A stretch of DNA of 64,000 nucleotides from Synechococcus sp. (GTDB taxonomy: Bacteria; Cyanobacteriota; Cyanobacteriia; PCC-6307; Cyanobiaceae): positions 832,136-896,135 of the forward strand of contig JBJBDC010000001.1 in NCBI GenBank assembly GCA_047285535.1. The letters are read 5' to 3'. The translations under genes and the position numbers were made by a program. The notes beneath the pieces were generated by a model. That model was not told the origin of the DNA. It worked only from the letters and a program-made list of their open reading frames with translations, and did no database searches. Within the stretch, counting starts at the first letter, position 1. Each line of letters begins with the position of its first letter. Shown piece by piece: positions 1 to 10,315 of this stretch.

Positions 1-1197
1 GCTGAACCGATGGCGAGTGAAGACAGACTGTTTGTCTTATATACCTCTGGATCCACGGGAAAACCCAAAGGGGTGGTGCACACCACTGCCGGCTACAACC
101 TGTGGGCCCATTTGACGTTTCAATGGATCTTCGACATCCGTGACGAGGATGTTTTTTGGTGCACAGCCGACGTGGGTTGGATTACCGGGCACAGCTACAT
201 CGTGTACGGACCGCTCTCCAACGGTGCCACAACAGTGATGTATGAAGGAGCACCACGTCCATCAAAACCTGGAGCGTTCTGGGAATTGATCCAGAAGCAT
301 CGAATCAGTATTTTCTACACCGCTCCAACGGCGATACGCGCCTTCATGAGAAGCGGCCGCTCGGTGCCCGATCAGTACGACATGAGCAGCCTGCGTCTCC
401 TCGGAACGGTTGGAGAACCAATCAATCCAGAAGCTTGGATGTGGTATCGCGATGTGGTGGGCGGTCAACGTTGCCCCATCGTTGACACCTGGTGGCAAAC
501 CGAAACCGGCGGCGTCATGATCAGTCCTCTTCCTGGGGCAACCCCAACCAAGCCTGGGTCGGCCACTTTGCCTTTACCTGGCATTCAGGCTGATGTCATC
601 GACTCGGAGGGCAACAGCTGCGGACCTGACGAAGGCGGTTACCTAGCCGTTCGAGCACCTTGGCCAGGAATGATGCGGACAATTCATGGCAATCCCCAAC
701 GTTTCCGCGACAGTTACTGGGAGACCATTCGTCCTTCTGATGGTTCATACCTCTATTTTGCCGGAGATGGAGCCCGTCGCGATGCCGACGGATACTTCTG
801 GGTGATGGGTCGCGTCGATGACGTCATCAACGTCTCCGGCCATCGACTCGGAACAATGGAAATTGAGTCGGCCTTAGTCAGCCATCCCGCGGTTGCCGAA
901 GCAGCAGTAGTAGGTCGTCCAGATGATCTCAAAGGTGAAGGGATTGTGGCCTTCGTGACTCTTGAAGTGGGACGGGAGCCTGAGGATTCTCTGATCACCG
1001 AGCTGCGGGCCCATGTGGGCAAGGAGATCGGTCCGATCGCCAGGCCCGATGAGATCCGCTGTAGCGATGCGCTTCCAAAAACCCGCAGTGGAAAAATCAT
1101 GCGCCGGATTTTGCGTGCCCTCGCTGCTGGTGAAGCGGTGACTGGTGATACCAGCACGCTTGAGGATCGTTCGGTGCTGGATCGTTTACGCGCTTAG
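1..1197 (+). CDS. acs: Acetyl-CoA synthetase (5'-truncated by window edge)
   Basis: AMP-binding motif [21 protein letters not shown] and C-terminal [12 protein letters not shown]. Confidence 0.97.
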   Translation, partial: AEPMASEDRLFVLYTSGSTGKPKGVVHTTAGYNLWAHLTFQWIFDIRDEDVFWCTADVGWITGHSYIVYGPLSNGATTVMYEGAPRPSKPGAFWELIQKHRISIFYTAPTAIRAFMRSGRSVPDQYDMSSLRLLGTVGEPINPEAWMWYRDVVGGQRCPIVDTWWQTETGGVMISPLPGATPTKPGSATLPLPGIQADVIDSEGNSCGPDEGGYLAVRAPWPGMMRTIHGNPQRFRDSYWETIRPSDGSYLYFAGDGARRDADGYFWVMGRVDDVINVSGHRLGTMEIESALVSHPAVAEAAVVGRPDDLKGEGIVAFVTLEVGREPEDSLITELRAHVGKEIGPIARPDEIRCSDALPKTRSGKIMRRILRALAAGEAVTGDTSTLEDRSVLDRLRA

Positions 1198-1242
1198 AGA
1201 ACCGTTGCAGAAGCACTCCAGGGGTGCTTCTGCAACGATTCT
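1198..1242. terminator. 19-bp stem hairpin between convergent acs and TerB-like gene
   Basis: agaaccgttgcagaagcac ... gtgcttctgcaacgattct, one mismatch. Confidence 0.75.
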
Positions 1243-1256
1243 TGCCAAGACAAGCA

Positions 1257-1757
1257 TCAAATCATTGGAAAATCAGGTGGGAGCAATGACTGATCCGGCC
1301 ATCCATCTTTTCCATAGATCGCATCCATAATCACGTTGAGAAGTGATCTTTTTTGTTGCAGTTCCTTTTGTGCAGCCCATTGAATTTCGCTTAACTCTTC
1401 ATCCGATACTTGCAGCGCTTCAATCAATTCTCGATAGGCAACGCGTTCTTTTGCATTGATATCAGTGTCATCTCCAAGATTGCGTGAAACACCCGCCACC
1501 AAACAGGCAACTCTGACTGCTGCACACTGGTCATTGTGATTGGTGAGAGACTTGCCAAGCTCAGTCAAACTTTGCTGAGTGCGAGGTCGATTCACCAGAT
1601 CAACTGAAGCTGCCTTCTCTGAAGAAGCCTCCTCTAAGTACAAGCGCTCGGGGAGTTCTTTGAGCATACGCTCCTCTTCTTCGGAAATTGTTCCATCACT
1701 CAGTGCAATGCACCTAGCAATCTCAAGAAGAACTTTTTGAGTGTTGTCGATCACCAC
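1257..1757 (-). CDS. TerB-family (tellurite-resistance-like) protein
   Basis: IALSDGTISEEEERML resembles the TerB AxxDGxxxxxE motif. Confidence 0.6.
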   Translation of the reverse strand: MVIDNTQKVLLEIARCIALSDGTISEEEERMLKELPERLYLEEASSEKAASVDLVNRPRTQQSLTELGKSLTNHNDQCAAVRVACLVAGVSRNLGDDTDINAKERVAYRELIEALQVSDEELSEIQWAAQKELQQKRSLLNVIMDAIYGKDGWPDQSLLPPDFPMI

Positions 1758-1780
1758 GAGTCATCAAAGAGTTTGATCAA

Positions 1781-2524
1781 TCATGGCTGAGGTTTCCTGC
1801 AGAGTCCCAGGTCCCCAATGTTTTGAATCAGAGCGCTGATCACAAGAGCCCTGGAAGGATCGTCAGCCCAATCTCCAAGCAAACCTTGACGTAAGCCTGC
1901 ACTAGCAGGCGTCAGGTGATCTCCCTGCATTTGTTGGAACTGACTTTGATCTTCAGCCCTTTTACTTAACGCTGCCATGAGATCCTGACTTTGATCGAGC
2001 TGATCCTTCCCAAAACGAATCACCAGATTGTTGGGCTGGAGGTAGTAACGCTCGATCAAGCGCAATGTTTCCTCAGGTCCAGGACTGAATTCCGTCACGA
2101 CGCCAAGACTTGGCGCCAATGTGCCAAGCAGGGGTATCGACCGTTCAGCCGTGAAGTTATTGAAGCTCAGCGCGGCTAAGGCAAGACTGTTGCGTCCACC
2201 ATCAGGGGCTAAGAGATGCAACTTGCAACCCAAACTGTGACCGACGCGAACTGGAACAAGATCTTTCCCTAAACGCTGTTTTAAAGCTGCGCGGCAACTG
2301 CGTAAGGCCTGCCACCCTTCTAGCGCCTGAAGCTGATGATCAAAACCTGGCACAAAGTTCCAGGCATGAATGGCAAGCTGACGGGCTGCCAACCCTTCCA
2401 GCAAGCGCCGGTAACTGATCTGTGGATTGGTGGCGAGATAACTGCCACCAATGAATTCAATGAGTCCTTGAGCTGAAGCGGGCCAGAGGCACCAGCAACC
2501 CTGCTGTCGCTGCCAACGACTCAT
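1781..2524 (-). CDS. DUF1350 family alpha/beta-hydrolase-like protein
   Basis: IEFIGGSYLA, GHSLGCKLHLL, SFNN, EFSPGPEET, GDHLTP motifs. Confidence 0.85.
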   Translation of the reverse strand: MSRWQRQQGCWCLWPASAQGLIEFIGGSYLATNPQISYRRLLEGLAARQLAIHAWNFVPGFDHQLQALEGWQALRSCRAALKQRLGKDLVPVRVGHSLGCKLHLLAPDGGRNSLALAALSFNNFTAERSIPLLGTLAPSLGVVTEFSPGPEETLRLIERYYLQPNNLVIRFGKDQLDQSQDLMAALSKRAEDQSQFQQMQGDHLTPASAGLRQGLLGDWADDPSRALVISALIQNIGDLGLCRKPQP

Positions 2525-2979
2525 CCCTCTGACAACTCCTTCACAATGCGTTCGGCCTCACGCACATGCGCCGGGCCATCGAGCATGTTGCTGAAGATGT
2601 GGCGAATGATGCCCTCTGCATCAATGACGTAGGTCACCCGCCCCGGCAAGAATCCAAGCACTTTTGGAACCCCAAAACTGTTGCGAAGTCGTTGTCCCTG
2701 ATCGATCAGGAGGGGAAACGGCAGTTCATAGCGTTGGGCAAATTTGCGATGGCTCACTGCATCGTCACTGCTCACGCCCCACACAACAGCACCAAGAGCC
2801 TCGAAAGAGGAGTAGGTATCGCGGAAAGCACAAGCCTCAGCCGTGCAACCAGGGGTGTCGTCTTTGGGGTAGAAAAACAAAACCAACACTTTGTTTTTCA
2901 GCTCATCACGACGGCGCAGGACGCCATCCTGATCTTCGATAGCAATGGCTGGCGCCCGGTCTCCGATCTTGAGAGCCAT
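2521..2979 (-). CDS. bcp: Peroxiredoxin Q / Bcp
   Basis: FFYPKDDTPGCTAEACAFRD. Confidence 0.93.
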   Translation of the reverse strand: MALKIGDRAPAIAIEDQDGVLRRRDELKNKVLVLFFYPKDDTPGCTAEACAFRDTYSSFEALGAVVWGVSSDDAVSHRKFAQRYELPFPLLIDQGQRLRNSFGVPKVLGFLPGRVTYVIDAEGIIRHIFSNMLDGPAHVREAERIVKELSEG

Positions 2980-3060
2980 AGAGAAAATCAAGAATTGGCG
3001 GCACCCTAGGAAGCACCTGGGGCAAGACGGGAAAATGAGTTTCAGAACCCGCGAGCTGGA

Positions 3061-3855
3061 GTGATGGAATCAGGCACTGTTCCTGGTCAATTAAATCTCC
3101 TGGGTGAATTCCAGGTTGAAGAGCCGGTGCCTCTTCCGATGCAACAAGACAAAAAGAGCGATGAAGCACCCGTTCAAACCCTTCTGATCATTGATACGGA
3201 AACCACAGGCCTGGAACCTGAAGCACATCAATGCCTCGAGATTGGCGCGATTTTGTTCGATGTCCCAAGCCGGCAGGTGCTCGCTCAGATGTCTTGCTTG
3301 TTACCCGTTGAATCCAATGCGGCTGAGGCCATCAATCGCATCCCAGCCGCAGTCACTCGCCTGCCACAACCCTGGCAACCAGGACTCGACTACTTCCAGG
3401 AACTACTGAATGCTGCTGATCTTCTGGTTGCACACAACACGGCCTTCGACCAGCAATGGTTTGGGAGGGGCCATCTTCCTGCAACAAATCTGCCCTGGCT
3501 TTGCAGCATGGAAGACATACGTTGGCCAAAAGACAAGCAACTCAAGTCACGACCTTCAGTCCGTGACTTGGCACTCGCCTACGAGATTCCGGTTTGGGCG
3601 GCCCATCGAGCTTTAACCGATTGCATCTATCTGGCAGAAGTGTTCCACCGTTGCGATCAACTGGAACAACTCATTGAACGTGGATTGGAACCCCGTTCCT
3701 TAGTGAGAGCTCAGATCTCCTATGACGATCGCCAGTTAGCTCGAGATGCAGGCTTCCGTTGGAATGATCCAGTAAAGGGGGCTTGGACCAGGCGTCTAAG
3801 CGAACGTGAAGTGGACGAGCTGCCATTTCCAGTCGTGCCGCAAGACGAGATTTGA
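3061..3855 (+). CDS. DEDDh 3'-5' exonuclease (DnaQ-like)
   Basis: IIDTETTG, VAHNTAFD, AHRALTD. Confidence 0.9.
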   Translation: MMESGTVPGQLNLLGEFQVEEPVPLPMQQDKKSDEAPVQTLLIIDTETTGLEPEAHQCLEIGAILFDVPSRQVLAQMSCLLPVESNAAEAINRIPAAVTRLPQPWQPGLDYFQELLNAADLLVAHNTAFDQQWFGRGHLPATNLPWLCSMEDIRWPKDKQLKSRPSVRDLALAYEIPVWAAHRALTDCIYLAEVFHRCDQLEQLIERGLEPRSLVRAQISYDDRQLARDAGFRWNDPVKGAWTRRLSEREVDELPFPVVPQDEI

Positions 3856-3967
3856 CATCAACCCCCCTGTTTTGTTTCAACAATCCGAAGCCACATGGGG
3901 GATTTTCATCTGAGCAAGCTCACGGAATCAGGCTGCAAGCACGGTTGATCCCTACCTTGACGCCAGC

Positions 3968-4273
3968 GTGCAAAGGCCTCTCAGTCATTGCCAACACAGG
4001 ACCCTGGATCCCCTGCGACGTCGCCTCCGTCGCTGGCAACAAGTGCGTACGTGGGCACGCCTGATCCGTGAGGCTGAATCTCTCTGGCATGTAGAAGTAC
4101 GAGAACTAAGACGTCTTGGGGCGATTGAACTTTCACAGCTCCTTGAGGAAGTGCCACCGATACAGCGTCTAAGGGTCAACCGCTGGCTCACTCGATATGC
4201 CGTTGCCACGCGCTTGAACTGCCATCAACAACGTAAAGATCACTCCTGCCAAACCATGACTGATGATGAATGA
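3968..4273 (+). CDS. Conserved picocyanobacterial hypothetical protein
   Basis: DPLRRRLRRWQQVRTWARLIREAESLW, recognised from memory as a picocyanobacterial family. Confidence 0.6.
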   Translation: MQRPLSHCQHRTLDPLRRRLRRWQQVRTWARLIREAESLWHVEVRELRRLGAIELSQLLEEVPPIQRLRVNRWLTRYAVATRLNCHQQRKDHSCQTMTDDE

Positions 4274-4337
4274 ATCTGAGATCCTTGTTTGGTTTTAAGC
4301 GAGACCTTGGTCTGATCAATATTGTCAATTTGTATGC

Positions 4338-4367
4338 AATAACCAATTCTTAAACTTGCCTTTAAGT
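4338..4367 (+). promoter_or_regulatory. Pho box (three 8-bp units, 11-bp period) upstream of pstS
   Basis: AATAACCA-att-CTTAAACT-tgc-CTTTAAGT versus the cyanobacterial CTTAACCT-N3 consensus. Confidence 0.7.
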
Positions 4368-4396
4368 CCAGGCAATGCCAACGAATTAGAAAGCGC

Positions 4397-5419
4397 ATGC
4401 AGCCATATCGCAGCATGCGTTCTCCATCCTTGATCCGCTCCAGCATCTCTCTCTTGAGTCTTGGTGCGGCGTTAGGTCTTGCCTCATGCACGTCCAGCGG
4501 AGACAACACCAGCACCATCGAAGGTACTCTTTCTGCTGCAGGTGCATCCTTTCCAGCGGCAATTTATCAACGCTGGTTCCAGGATTTAGCTCCTTCAGGA
4601 GTCAAGGTGAATTATCAATCAGTGGGATCCGGTGCTGGTGTGCGTCAGTTCACAGCCGGCACCGTTGACTTCGGAGCATCAGACAAACCAATGAAACCCG
4701 ACGCCATCGCCAAGGTAAGTCGAGGAGTGGTTCAGATCCCAATGACAGCAGGAGCCATCGCTGTTGCTTACAACAATCCTGGTTGTGAGCTGAAGCTCAC
4801 TCAAGATCAACTCGCGGGGATCTTCCTGGGCAAGATCAATAATTTCAGCGATCTTGGCTGTGATGCCAAAGCTATCAAGGTCGTGCATCGCTCCGACGGC
4901 TCAGGCACCACCTATAACTTCACCAAACATCTGTCCGCCATCAGCCCAGAGTGGGACAAGAACATTGGTGCTGACAAATCCGTGCAATGGCCAACTGGCG
5001 TTGGAGCCAAGGGCAATGAAGGCGTGTCAGCGCAACTCCAACAGATCAGCGGTGGTATTGGTTATGTGGAGCTGGCGTACGTGAGGGGAGATCTGCAGGC
5101 AGCTGCCGTTCAAAACGCTTCAGGAGCTCAAGTGGTTCCTACCAACGCGACTGCAAGCGAAGCACTAGGTTCAATCGATCTCGGACCCGACTTGATCGGC
5201 GGCAATCCAAACCCTGATGGTGGATATCCAATCGTCACCTTCACCTGGGTACTGGCCTACGCCAATGACAATGGCGAAAAGACGCCATTGCTGAAGAAAA
5301 CCTTCGACTTCATGCTCTCTAAAAGAGCTCAGTCGCTAGCCCCCGCACTGGGCTATGTTTCCCTTCCTCCAGAAGTAGTCAGCAAAGCAAAAGAAGCGGT
5401 CAACACACTTAAGGAGTAA
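4397..5419 (+). CDS. pstS: Phosphate ABC transporter substrate-binding lipoprotein PstS
   Basis: Lipobox LASC; AGASFPA, YQSVGSGAG, DFGASD, HRSDGSGTT, GYPIVTFTW. Confidence 0.97.
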   Translation: MQPYRSMRSPSLIRSSISLLSLGAALGLASCTSSGDNTSTIEGTLSAAGASFPAAIYQRWFQDLAPSGVKVNYQSVGSGAGVRQFTAGTVDFGASDKPMKPDAIAKVSRGVVQIPMTAGAIAVAYNNPGCELKLTQDQLAGIFLGKINNFSDLGCDAKAIKVVHRSDGSGTTYNFTKHLSAISPEWDKNIGADKSVQWPTGVGAKGNEGVSAQLQQISGGIGYVELAYVRGDLQAAAVQNASGAQVVPTNATASEALGSIDLGPDLIGGNPNPDGGYPIVTFTWVLAYANDNGEKTPLLKKTFDFMLSKRAQSLAPALGYVSLPPEVVSKAKEAVNTLKE

Positions 5420-5451
5420 TCCTTAGCAGAGCTACATACAAGAATAAAGTC

Positions 5452-5482
5452 AAGGGGGAGCAATATGTTATCCCCCCTTTTT
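5452..5482 (+). terminator. Rho-independent terminator after pstS
   Basis: aagggggag...tccccccttttt. Confidence 0.7.
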
Positions 5483-5695
5483 AATGATCAGAAACCTAAT
5501 GCATGTTGCCCGGGATCTGATCCAGATCAATTCCGGGAAAATCAGGACAGCGCCACTTCAACATCGCATAAAAGCAAAAAAGAATAACAAACAAACATTA
5601 TCCAGGTAAAGACACGAATGGCCAATATAGCCAGTCAAAATAAAGAAGGAATACAGTCATAGAACCCATCAGAACTGTCTAATCAACTCGAGCAA

Positions 5696-6952
5696 TTACA
5701 CAGAACGAATAGGGTTAACGCTATACCTAGGCGGTAACGGTAATTTACAACTGCTCAAAAATGCTAGACCAACAAGAAGACAAGACATCCATAAACAAGC
5801 CTGCATTCCACCTAGCAGGAAAATAGCTCCAGACAACAATGTCCCCGTTAAACGTCCCGCTGCATTCGCCATGTAATAAAAACCAACGTTGAGGCTGACG
5901 CTCTCAGAATCGGTGTACGAAAGCACCATGTAGGAGTGAATGGAGGAGTTCATCGCAAACACAATTCCAAAAGCAGCCAAACCAGCAGTGATTGCAATCG
6001 AAACATCCACCTCGCGCCAAAGCGCTACAGCGATGAGAGCCGGTATCGCTGTTAATAAGGCACTCCAAAACTTTAGAGATGAAACACCAGGTGGAGTGTT
6101 TTTCCCCCAAAGACGACGTAAAGCAGGAGCTGAGCCCTGAACGATGCCGTAACCAATCACCCAAAGGCCCAGAAAACCGCCAATCTCCCAGAAGTTCCAC
6201 CCCAAAGACGCCTCTAGAAAGACAGGCAAAGCCACCACAAACCAAACATCTCTGGCCCCAAACAAGAAAAAACGAGTCAAAGACAGGACATTGATCCCCT
6301 GAGATTTAGATAACAGTGCAGAAAACGACGGTTTGACCTTCATCTTGCCGAAATCAGCTGGCAAAACCAAGGTTGGCAGGAATGCAAATGCCAAACCCGC
6401 AGCCATCCAGCCAACTGCTGCATTGAAGCCCAAGGAGGTGAGAAGCACACCACCCAGAAAAAAACCTACGCCCTTGAGAGCATTTTTGGAACCAGTCAGA
6501 ATTGCAACCCATTTAAACAGTTGTGATTCACCCGCCTGCACATCATCTGCATTCACGGGAACAACGACCTTAATTGCACTTTTAGCACTCATTTTGTTGA
6601 GGTCTTTTGCAATACCACTTACTGCCTGAGCAACCATTACGTAACTCACACTCAATAACTTAGGCCAGCTAGCAGCAACAGGTATCAACATCAACAATGC
6701 AACGACCTGAAGCAAAGTACCAATCCATAACGTAAGACGTAACCCATAGCGAGCACCAATCAAACCACCATAGAGATTGGTAAGGATGCCAAAAAATTCA
6801 TAGAAGAGAAAAAGAAACGCAATCTCAAGAGTGGAGTAACCAAGTTCATGGAAGTGAAACAACACCAACATGCGCAAGGCACCATCAGTAAGCGTGAACG
6901 CCCAATAATTCGCAGTCACAATGCTGTATTGCTGCAGCGAAGAAAACCTCAT
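5696..6952 (-). CDS. arsJ: Organoarsenical efflux MFS transporter ArsJ
   Basis: NYWAFTLTDGALRMLV, KDLNKMSAKSAIK, TGSKNALKG, FLFGARDVWFVVALPV; ATGA overlap with upstream gap. Confidence 0.93.
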   Translation of the reverse strand: MRFSSLQQYSIVTANYWAFTLTDGALRMLVLFHFHELGYSTLEIAFLFLFYEFFGILTNLYGGLIGARYGLRLTLWIGTLLQVVALLMLIPVAASWPKLLSVSYVMVAQAVSGIAKDLNKMSAKSAIKVVVPVNADDVQAGESQLFKWVAILTGSKNALKGVGFFLGGVLLTSLGFNAAVGWMAAGLAFAFLPTLVLPADFGKMKVKPSFSALLSKSQGINVLSLTRFFLFGARDVWFVVALPVFLEASLGWNFWEIGGFLGLWVIGYGIVQGSAPALRRLWGKNTPPGVSSLKFWSALLTAIPALIAVALWREVDVSIAITAGLAAFGIVFAMNSSIHSYMVLSYTDSESVSLNVGFYYMANAAGRLTGTLLSGAIFLLGGMQACLWMSCLLVGLAFLSSCKLPLPPRYSVNPIRSV

Positions 6953-7971
6953 TCCTCGAGACAGGCCACATGGCATGCCAAATCCGCCATTCGTGAGCTG
7001 TATCCCCACTCATTGTCATACCAGGCATAGACCTTAATTTGAGTGCTGTTGATGACCATGGTCGACAACGCATCAACAATGGTACTGCGACTGTCATTGA
7101 CATAATCAACAGACACCAATGGACGGGTTTCATAGCCAAGAATGCCCTGAAGTTCTCCATTGGCAGCGGATTCAAAGGCTCCATTAACGTCCTCTATGCT
7201 CACTTCTGTCTCCAGTTCGAACACTGCATCAGTAAGGGATGCATTCAAAAGTGGAATTCTCACCGCATGACCATTCAATTTACCCTCTAATTCAGGAAAG
7301 ATAAGACCGATAGCTTTTGCTGATCCAGTCGTGGTTGGAATCACACTTTGAAGACAGGATCTAGCACGTCGTAAGTCATTATGAAAGCCATCCACAACAA
7401 CCTGTGTATTCGTGACATCATGCAGTGTAGTAATCGAACCGTGCTTAATCCCGAAGCTGTTATGAACGACCTGAACAACGGGTGCAAGACAGTTAGTCGT
7501 GCAAGAGGCAGCAGTGATAATCCGATGTTGTTTAGGGTTATACCTTAAATGATTAATGCCATAAACAATATTGAGGACTTCAATACCGCTAACAGATCCC
7601 TTTACCGGACAAGCCACAATGATTCGCTTCAGATCAAGTAAATCAAGACATCGTTTAAGAGATTCGGGCGTTTTAAAGCGACCACTGCATTCGAGCATGA
7701 TCTCCACAGCCGATTCCTTCCAGGGAACAAAAGTGGGATCACTCTCAAATGTATACCGTACCTGCTGATCACCCACAAGAAAGCCTCTCTCATTAGCCTG
7801 CACCGACTGATGCCAACGGCCATGGACAGAATCAAATAGAAGAAGATGAGCTGCTATGGAAGCATCGCCGGCGCAGTCGTTTACATGAACAATTTCAATA
7901 TCAGAGCGGCCCCAAAGGGCACGAAAGACGAGCCGACCTATTCGACCAAAACCATTAATGCCGATTCGCAT
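6949..7971 (-). CDS. gap: ArsJ-associated glyceraldehyde-3-phosphate dehydrogenase (gap3 type)
   Basis: GINGFGRIGR, AASCTTNCLAP, AWYDNEWGY; directly upstream of arsJ. Confidence 0.95.
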   Translation of the reverse strand: MRIGINGFGRIGRLVFRALWGRSDIEIVHVNDCAGDASIAAHLLLFDSVHGRWHQSVQANERGFLVGDQQVRYTFESDPTFVPWKESAVEIMLECSGRFKTPESLKRCLDLLDLKRIIVACPVKGSVSGIEVLNIVYGINHLRYNPKQHRIITAASCTTNCLAPVVQVVHNSFGIKHGSITTLHDVTNTQVVVDGFHNDLRRARSCLQSVIPTTTGSAKAIGLIFPELEGKLNGHAVRIPLLNASLTDAVFELETEVSIEDVNGAFESAANGELQGILGYETRPLVSVDYVNDSRSTIVDALSTMVINSTQIKVYAWYDNEWGYSSRMADLACHVACLEE

Positions 7972-8022
7972 CGAGACTGTAACCAAGACCGAAAGTAGTT
8001 ATACTCATACCATTGCCTTAAA

Positions 8023-8041
8023 GCGTTCAGGACTGGTTAAG
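8023..8041 (-). promoter_or_regulatory. Pho box upstream of gap-arsJ, followed by a TATAAC -10 at 8003-7998
   Basis: Minus strand CTTAACCA-gtc-CTGAACGC. Confidence 0.6.
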
Positions 8042-8214
8042 GTTTTGCGTAATGGCTACAAAGGCTCAACCTGCTACACAAAATATAGATAATCGAGTGA
8101 TGGCTCCCCTGAATCAGTTCATACAGACAAAAACCATTTGTCATCCTGAAAAATTATAAATTAATGCCAATATTTAGTTGTATATTACGTCATGAACAGC
8201 AGGCCAATAGAAAC

Positions 8215-8233
8215 CTTAACCAAACCATTACCA
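8215..8233 (+). promoter_or_regulatory. Pho box upstream of ptrA
   Basis: CTTAACCA-aac-CATTACCA, 11-bp period. Confidence 0.65.
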
Positions 8234-8295
8234 AGTCTTTGCTTCAAACTTAGGAATCGCGCATAACGTCAATTGTCAGCACGAGCATCTGCAAA

Positions 8296-8916
8296 ATGGT
8301 CTTCACACCTAGCAGCTCAAGCGGTTTCCTCGGAGACATAGAAGACAATTATCAACGTCGTAATCTCGTTCATTTCACAACTGGGGCCAGAGTTCCCTTA
8401 ATTCATGACCATATCTGGATTGTCACCCGGGGGATAGTCAAGCTGACTTGCCTCAACGAGCAAGGAGAAGAGGTCTTGATTGCTGTCACTGGAGCCAACG
8501 AAACATTCGGAGAACCACTAACACATCTAGATCTATACGAGGCCACGACGCTTAGCGACTGTGATTTGCTTTGCATATCGATGCAGGAGGTGAAATCCAC
8601 TCCCCATCTGAGCAAAGATCTGATGCAAGCCATGATGATTCGAACCCGACAGGCTGAGGCACTTATTGCTCTTTTGGGGCTACGTAGAATCGAAAACCGT
8701 GTGCGATGCTTTCTAGAATTACTAGCACAAGATTATGGTCAGCCATGTAACGAGGGATTGCAGCTAAACATGCGCCTAACCCATCAGGAGATCGCCAGCG
8801 CTGTGAGCACAACACGGGTCACCGTGACTAAAGCGTTGGGGCGACTTAAAGATGAAGGTTGGCTTCAAATTGATCAACAACAAAAGATAATAGTGAGCCA
8901 CTTACCAAAACGCTGA
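8296..8916 (+). CDS. ptrA: Crp/Fnr-family regulator, PtrA-like P-stress regulator
   Basis: Crp HTH LTHQEIASAVSTTRVTVTKAL; short cNMP-like domain; near pstS and preceded by a Pho box. Confidence 0.8.
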   Translation: MVFTPSSSSGFLGDIEDNYQRRNLVHFTTGARVPLIHDHIWIVTRGIVKLTCLNEQGEEVLIAVTGANETFGEPLTHLDLYEATTLSDCDLLCISMQEVKSTPHLSKDLMQAMMIRTRQAEALIALLGLRRIENRVRCFLELLAQDYGQPCNEGLQLNMRLTHQEIASAVSTTRVTVTKALGRLKDEGWLQIDQQQKIIVSHLPKR

Positions 8917-9255
8917 TTCCTAAATAAACACTTCGAACAACAATACAACTGAACCATAAAACCTTAAATCATCAAAGAAAAAATAGAATTCCAAAAGAAA
9001 CTTCAACAGCAAAGTAATCATGACAAGATGGAAAAGCTCACTTTATATCGAATGATTAATACGCCTGAAGGAAGACAGAATCAATTTCAGAAGTCCATCC
9101 AAGCAATATAGTTAATTCAAGTAATACCAACTAATGGATAAATTCCGAGAATAAGTTAAAAGAGAAATAAAATCAAAAAGCAATTATAAAGGCGGCCAAA
9201 AAGAGGCCAGAAAATTGGATAAACCAAAGGGAGTGGATAAAAAACATGTATACAA

Positions 9256-9996
9256 TCAACAGAAGCGATAACCAAATCCACGCACAGTGAATAACTTTGT
9301 AGGACTGGAAGGATTAGTTTCGATCTTTTCACGCAACCAGCGGATATGAACATCGACTGTTTTTTTATCACCAATATAGTTAACTCCCCAAACCTGATCG
9401 AGGAGCTCGTCCCTGCTCCAAACTCGTTTAGGATTCTGAATAAAAAGCTCAAGTAGCTTAAACTCTTTAGGTGAAAGATTAAGATCGTGGCCATTTCGAC
9501 AAGCTCTACACTCGTCAGGAACGAGCTCCAAATCACAACATTCAAATTTGCTAAAAGTAGCCATTTCAAAAGGATACCGACGAAGAAGCGCTCTACAGCG
9601 AGCCACAAATTCACGCATTCCAAACGGGTGGATCAAAATATCATCGGCGCCAAACTCCAGTCCTAATACAGTATCAGATTCAGAATCATTATCACTAAGT
9701 AGAAAAATAAGAGCTTGGTTATTTTGCATTCTTAGCTTACGACAAAGATCAATACCACTGATGTCTGGTAGTTTCCAATCGAATATTAAGAGCTCAAATT
9801 CATCATTTTGAATTAAATTCAAAGCGTGTAGACCATTCTTAGCAGTCGTGACAACGAAGCCCTCATTATTGAGTATTGCACTTAGAGATTTAGTCAACGA
9901 ATGGTCAACAGTCACAACCAGAATGCGGGCCGGACTATAAACATCAAAAAAATCATTTGCCTTCGAAACCATTCTTAAAAAAAAGAAATTCGGCAA
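9256..9996 (-). CDS. OmpR/PhoB-family response regulator (PhoB-like, atypical receiver); start uncertain
   Basis: Winged helix LSPKEFKLL...RVWSRDELLDQVWG...KTVDVHIRWLREKIE...TVRGFGYRF. Confidence 0.88.
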   Translation of the reverse strand: MPNFFFLRMVSKANDFFDVYSPARILVVTVDHSLTKSLSAILNNEGFVVTTAKNGLHALNLIQNDEFELLIFDWKLPDISGIDLCRKLRMQNNQALIFLLSDNDSESDTVLGLEFGADDILIHPFGMREFVARCRALLRRYPFEMATFSKFECCDLELVPDECRACRNGHDLNLSPKEFKLLELFIQNPKRVWSRDELLDQVWGVNYIGDKKTVDVHIRWLREKIETNPSSPTKLFTVRGFGYRFC

Positions 9997-10242
9997 TGCC
10001 TATAGGCTAACGCTAAGAGGCCTGCAATGGTGGCGATAATCTCAAATCAAACGAAAAAAGAAATGCATCACGATTTGAACCCCATCAGAAAGCAGAAGAC
10101 AATATAAAAACACGAATGGCCGAAGCAATATTTGCTGAGCCTGTATCACAAAACGACGAACAAAACATGAAAGATGGAAATAGTTGAGCGAAACTTGAGA
10201 AAAAGCGTCTGGTAATTTGAGGAAAATATGCGCTGTGTCAAA

Positions 10243-10273
10243 TAAAAAAGCCCCTCGTTCTATACGAGGAGCC
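10243..10273 (-). terminator. Terminator of porin gene
   Basis: Minus strand ggctcctcgt...acgaggggc followed by a T-run. Confidence 0.6.
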
Positions 10274-10315
10274 CATATTCGAATGGAAAGAATCGATTAT
10301 GAAGAAAGCTAAGAT

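Noticed and set aside
4397..5419. pstS as a prophage auxiliary gene
   Set aside because: No phage structural genes; the context is a host P-stress cluster.
10072..10082. gatttgaaccc as the att copy of tRNA-Pro
   Set aside because: Only an 11-bp match with no acceptor-stem similarity, so compatible with chance.
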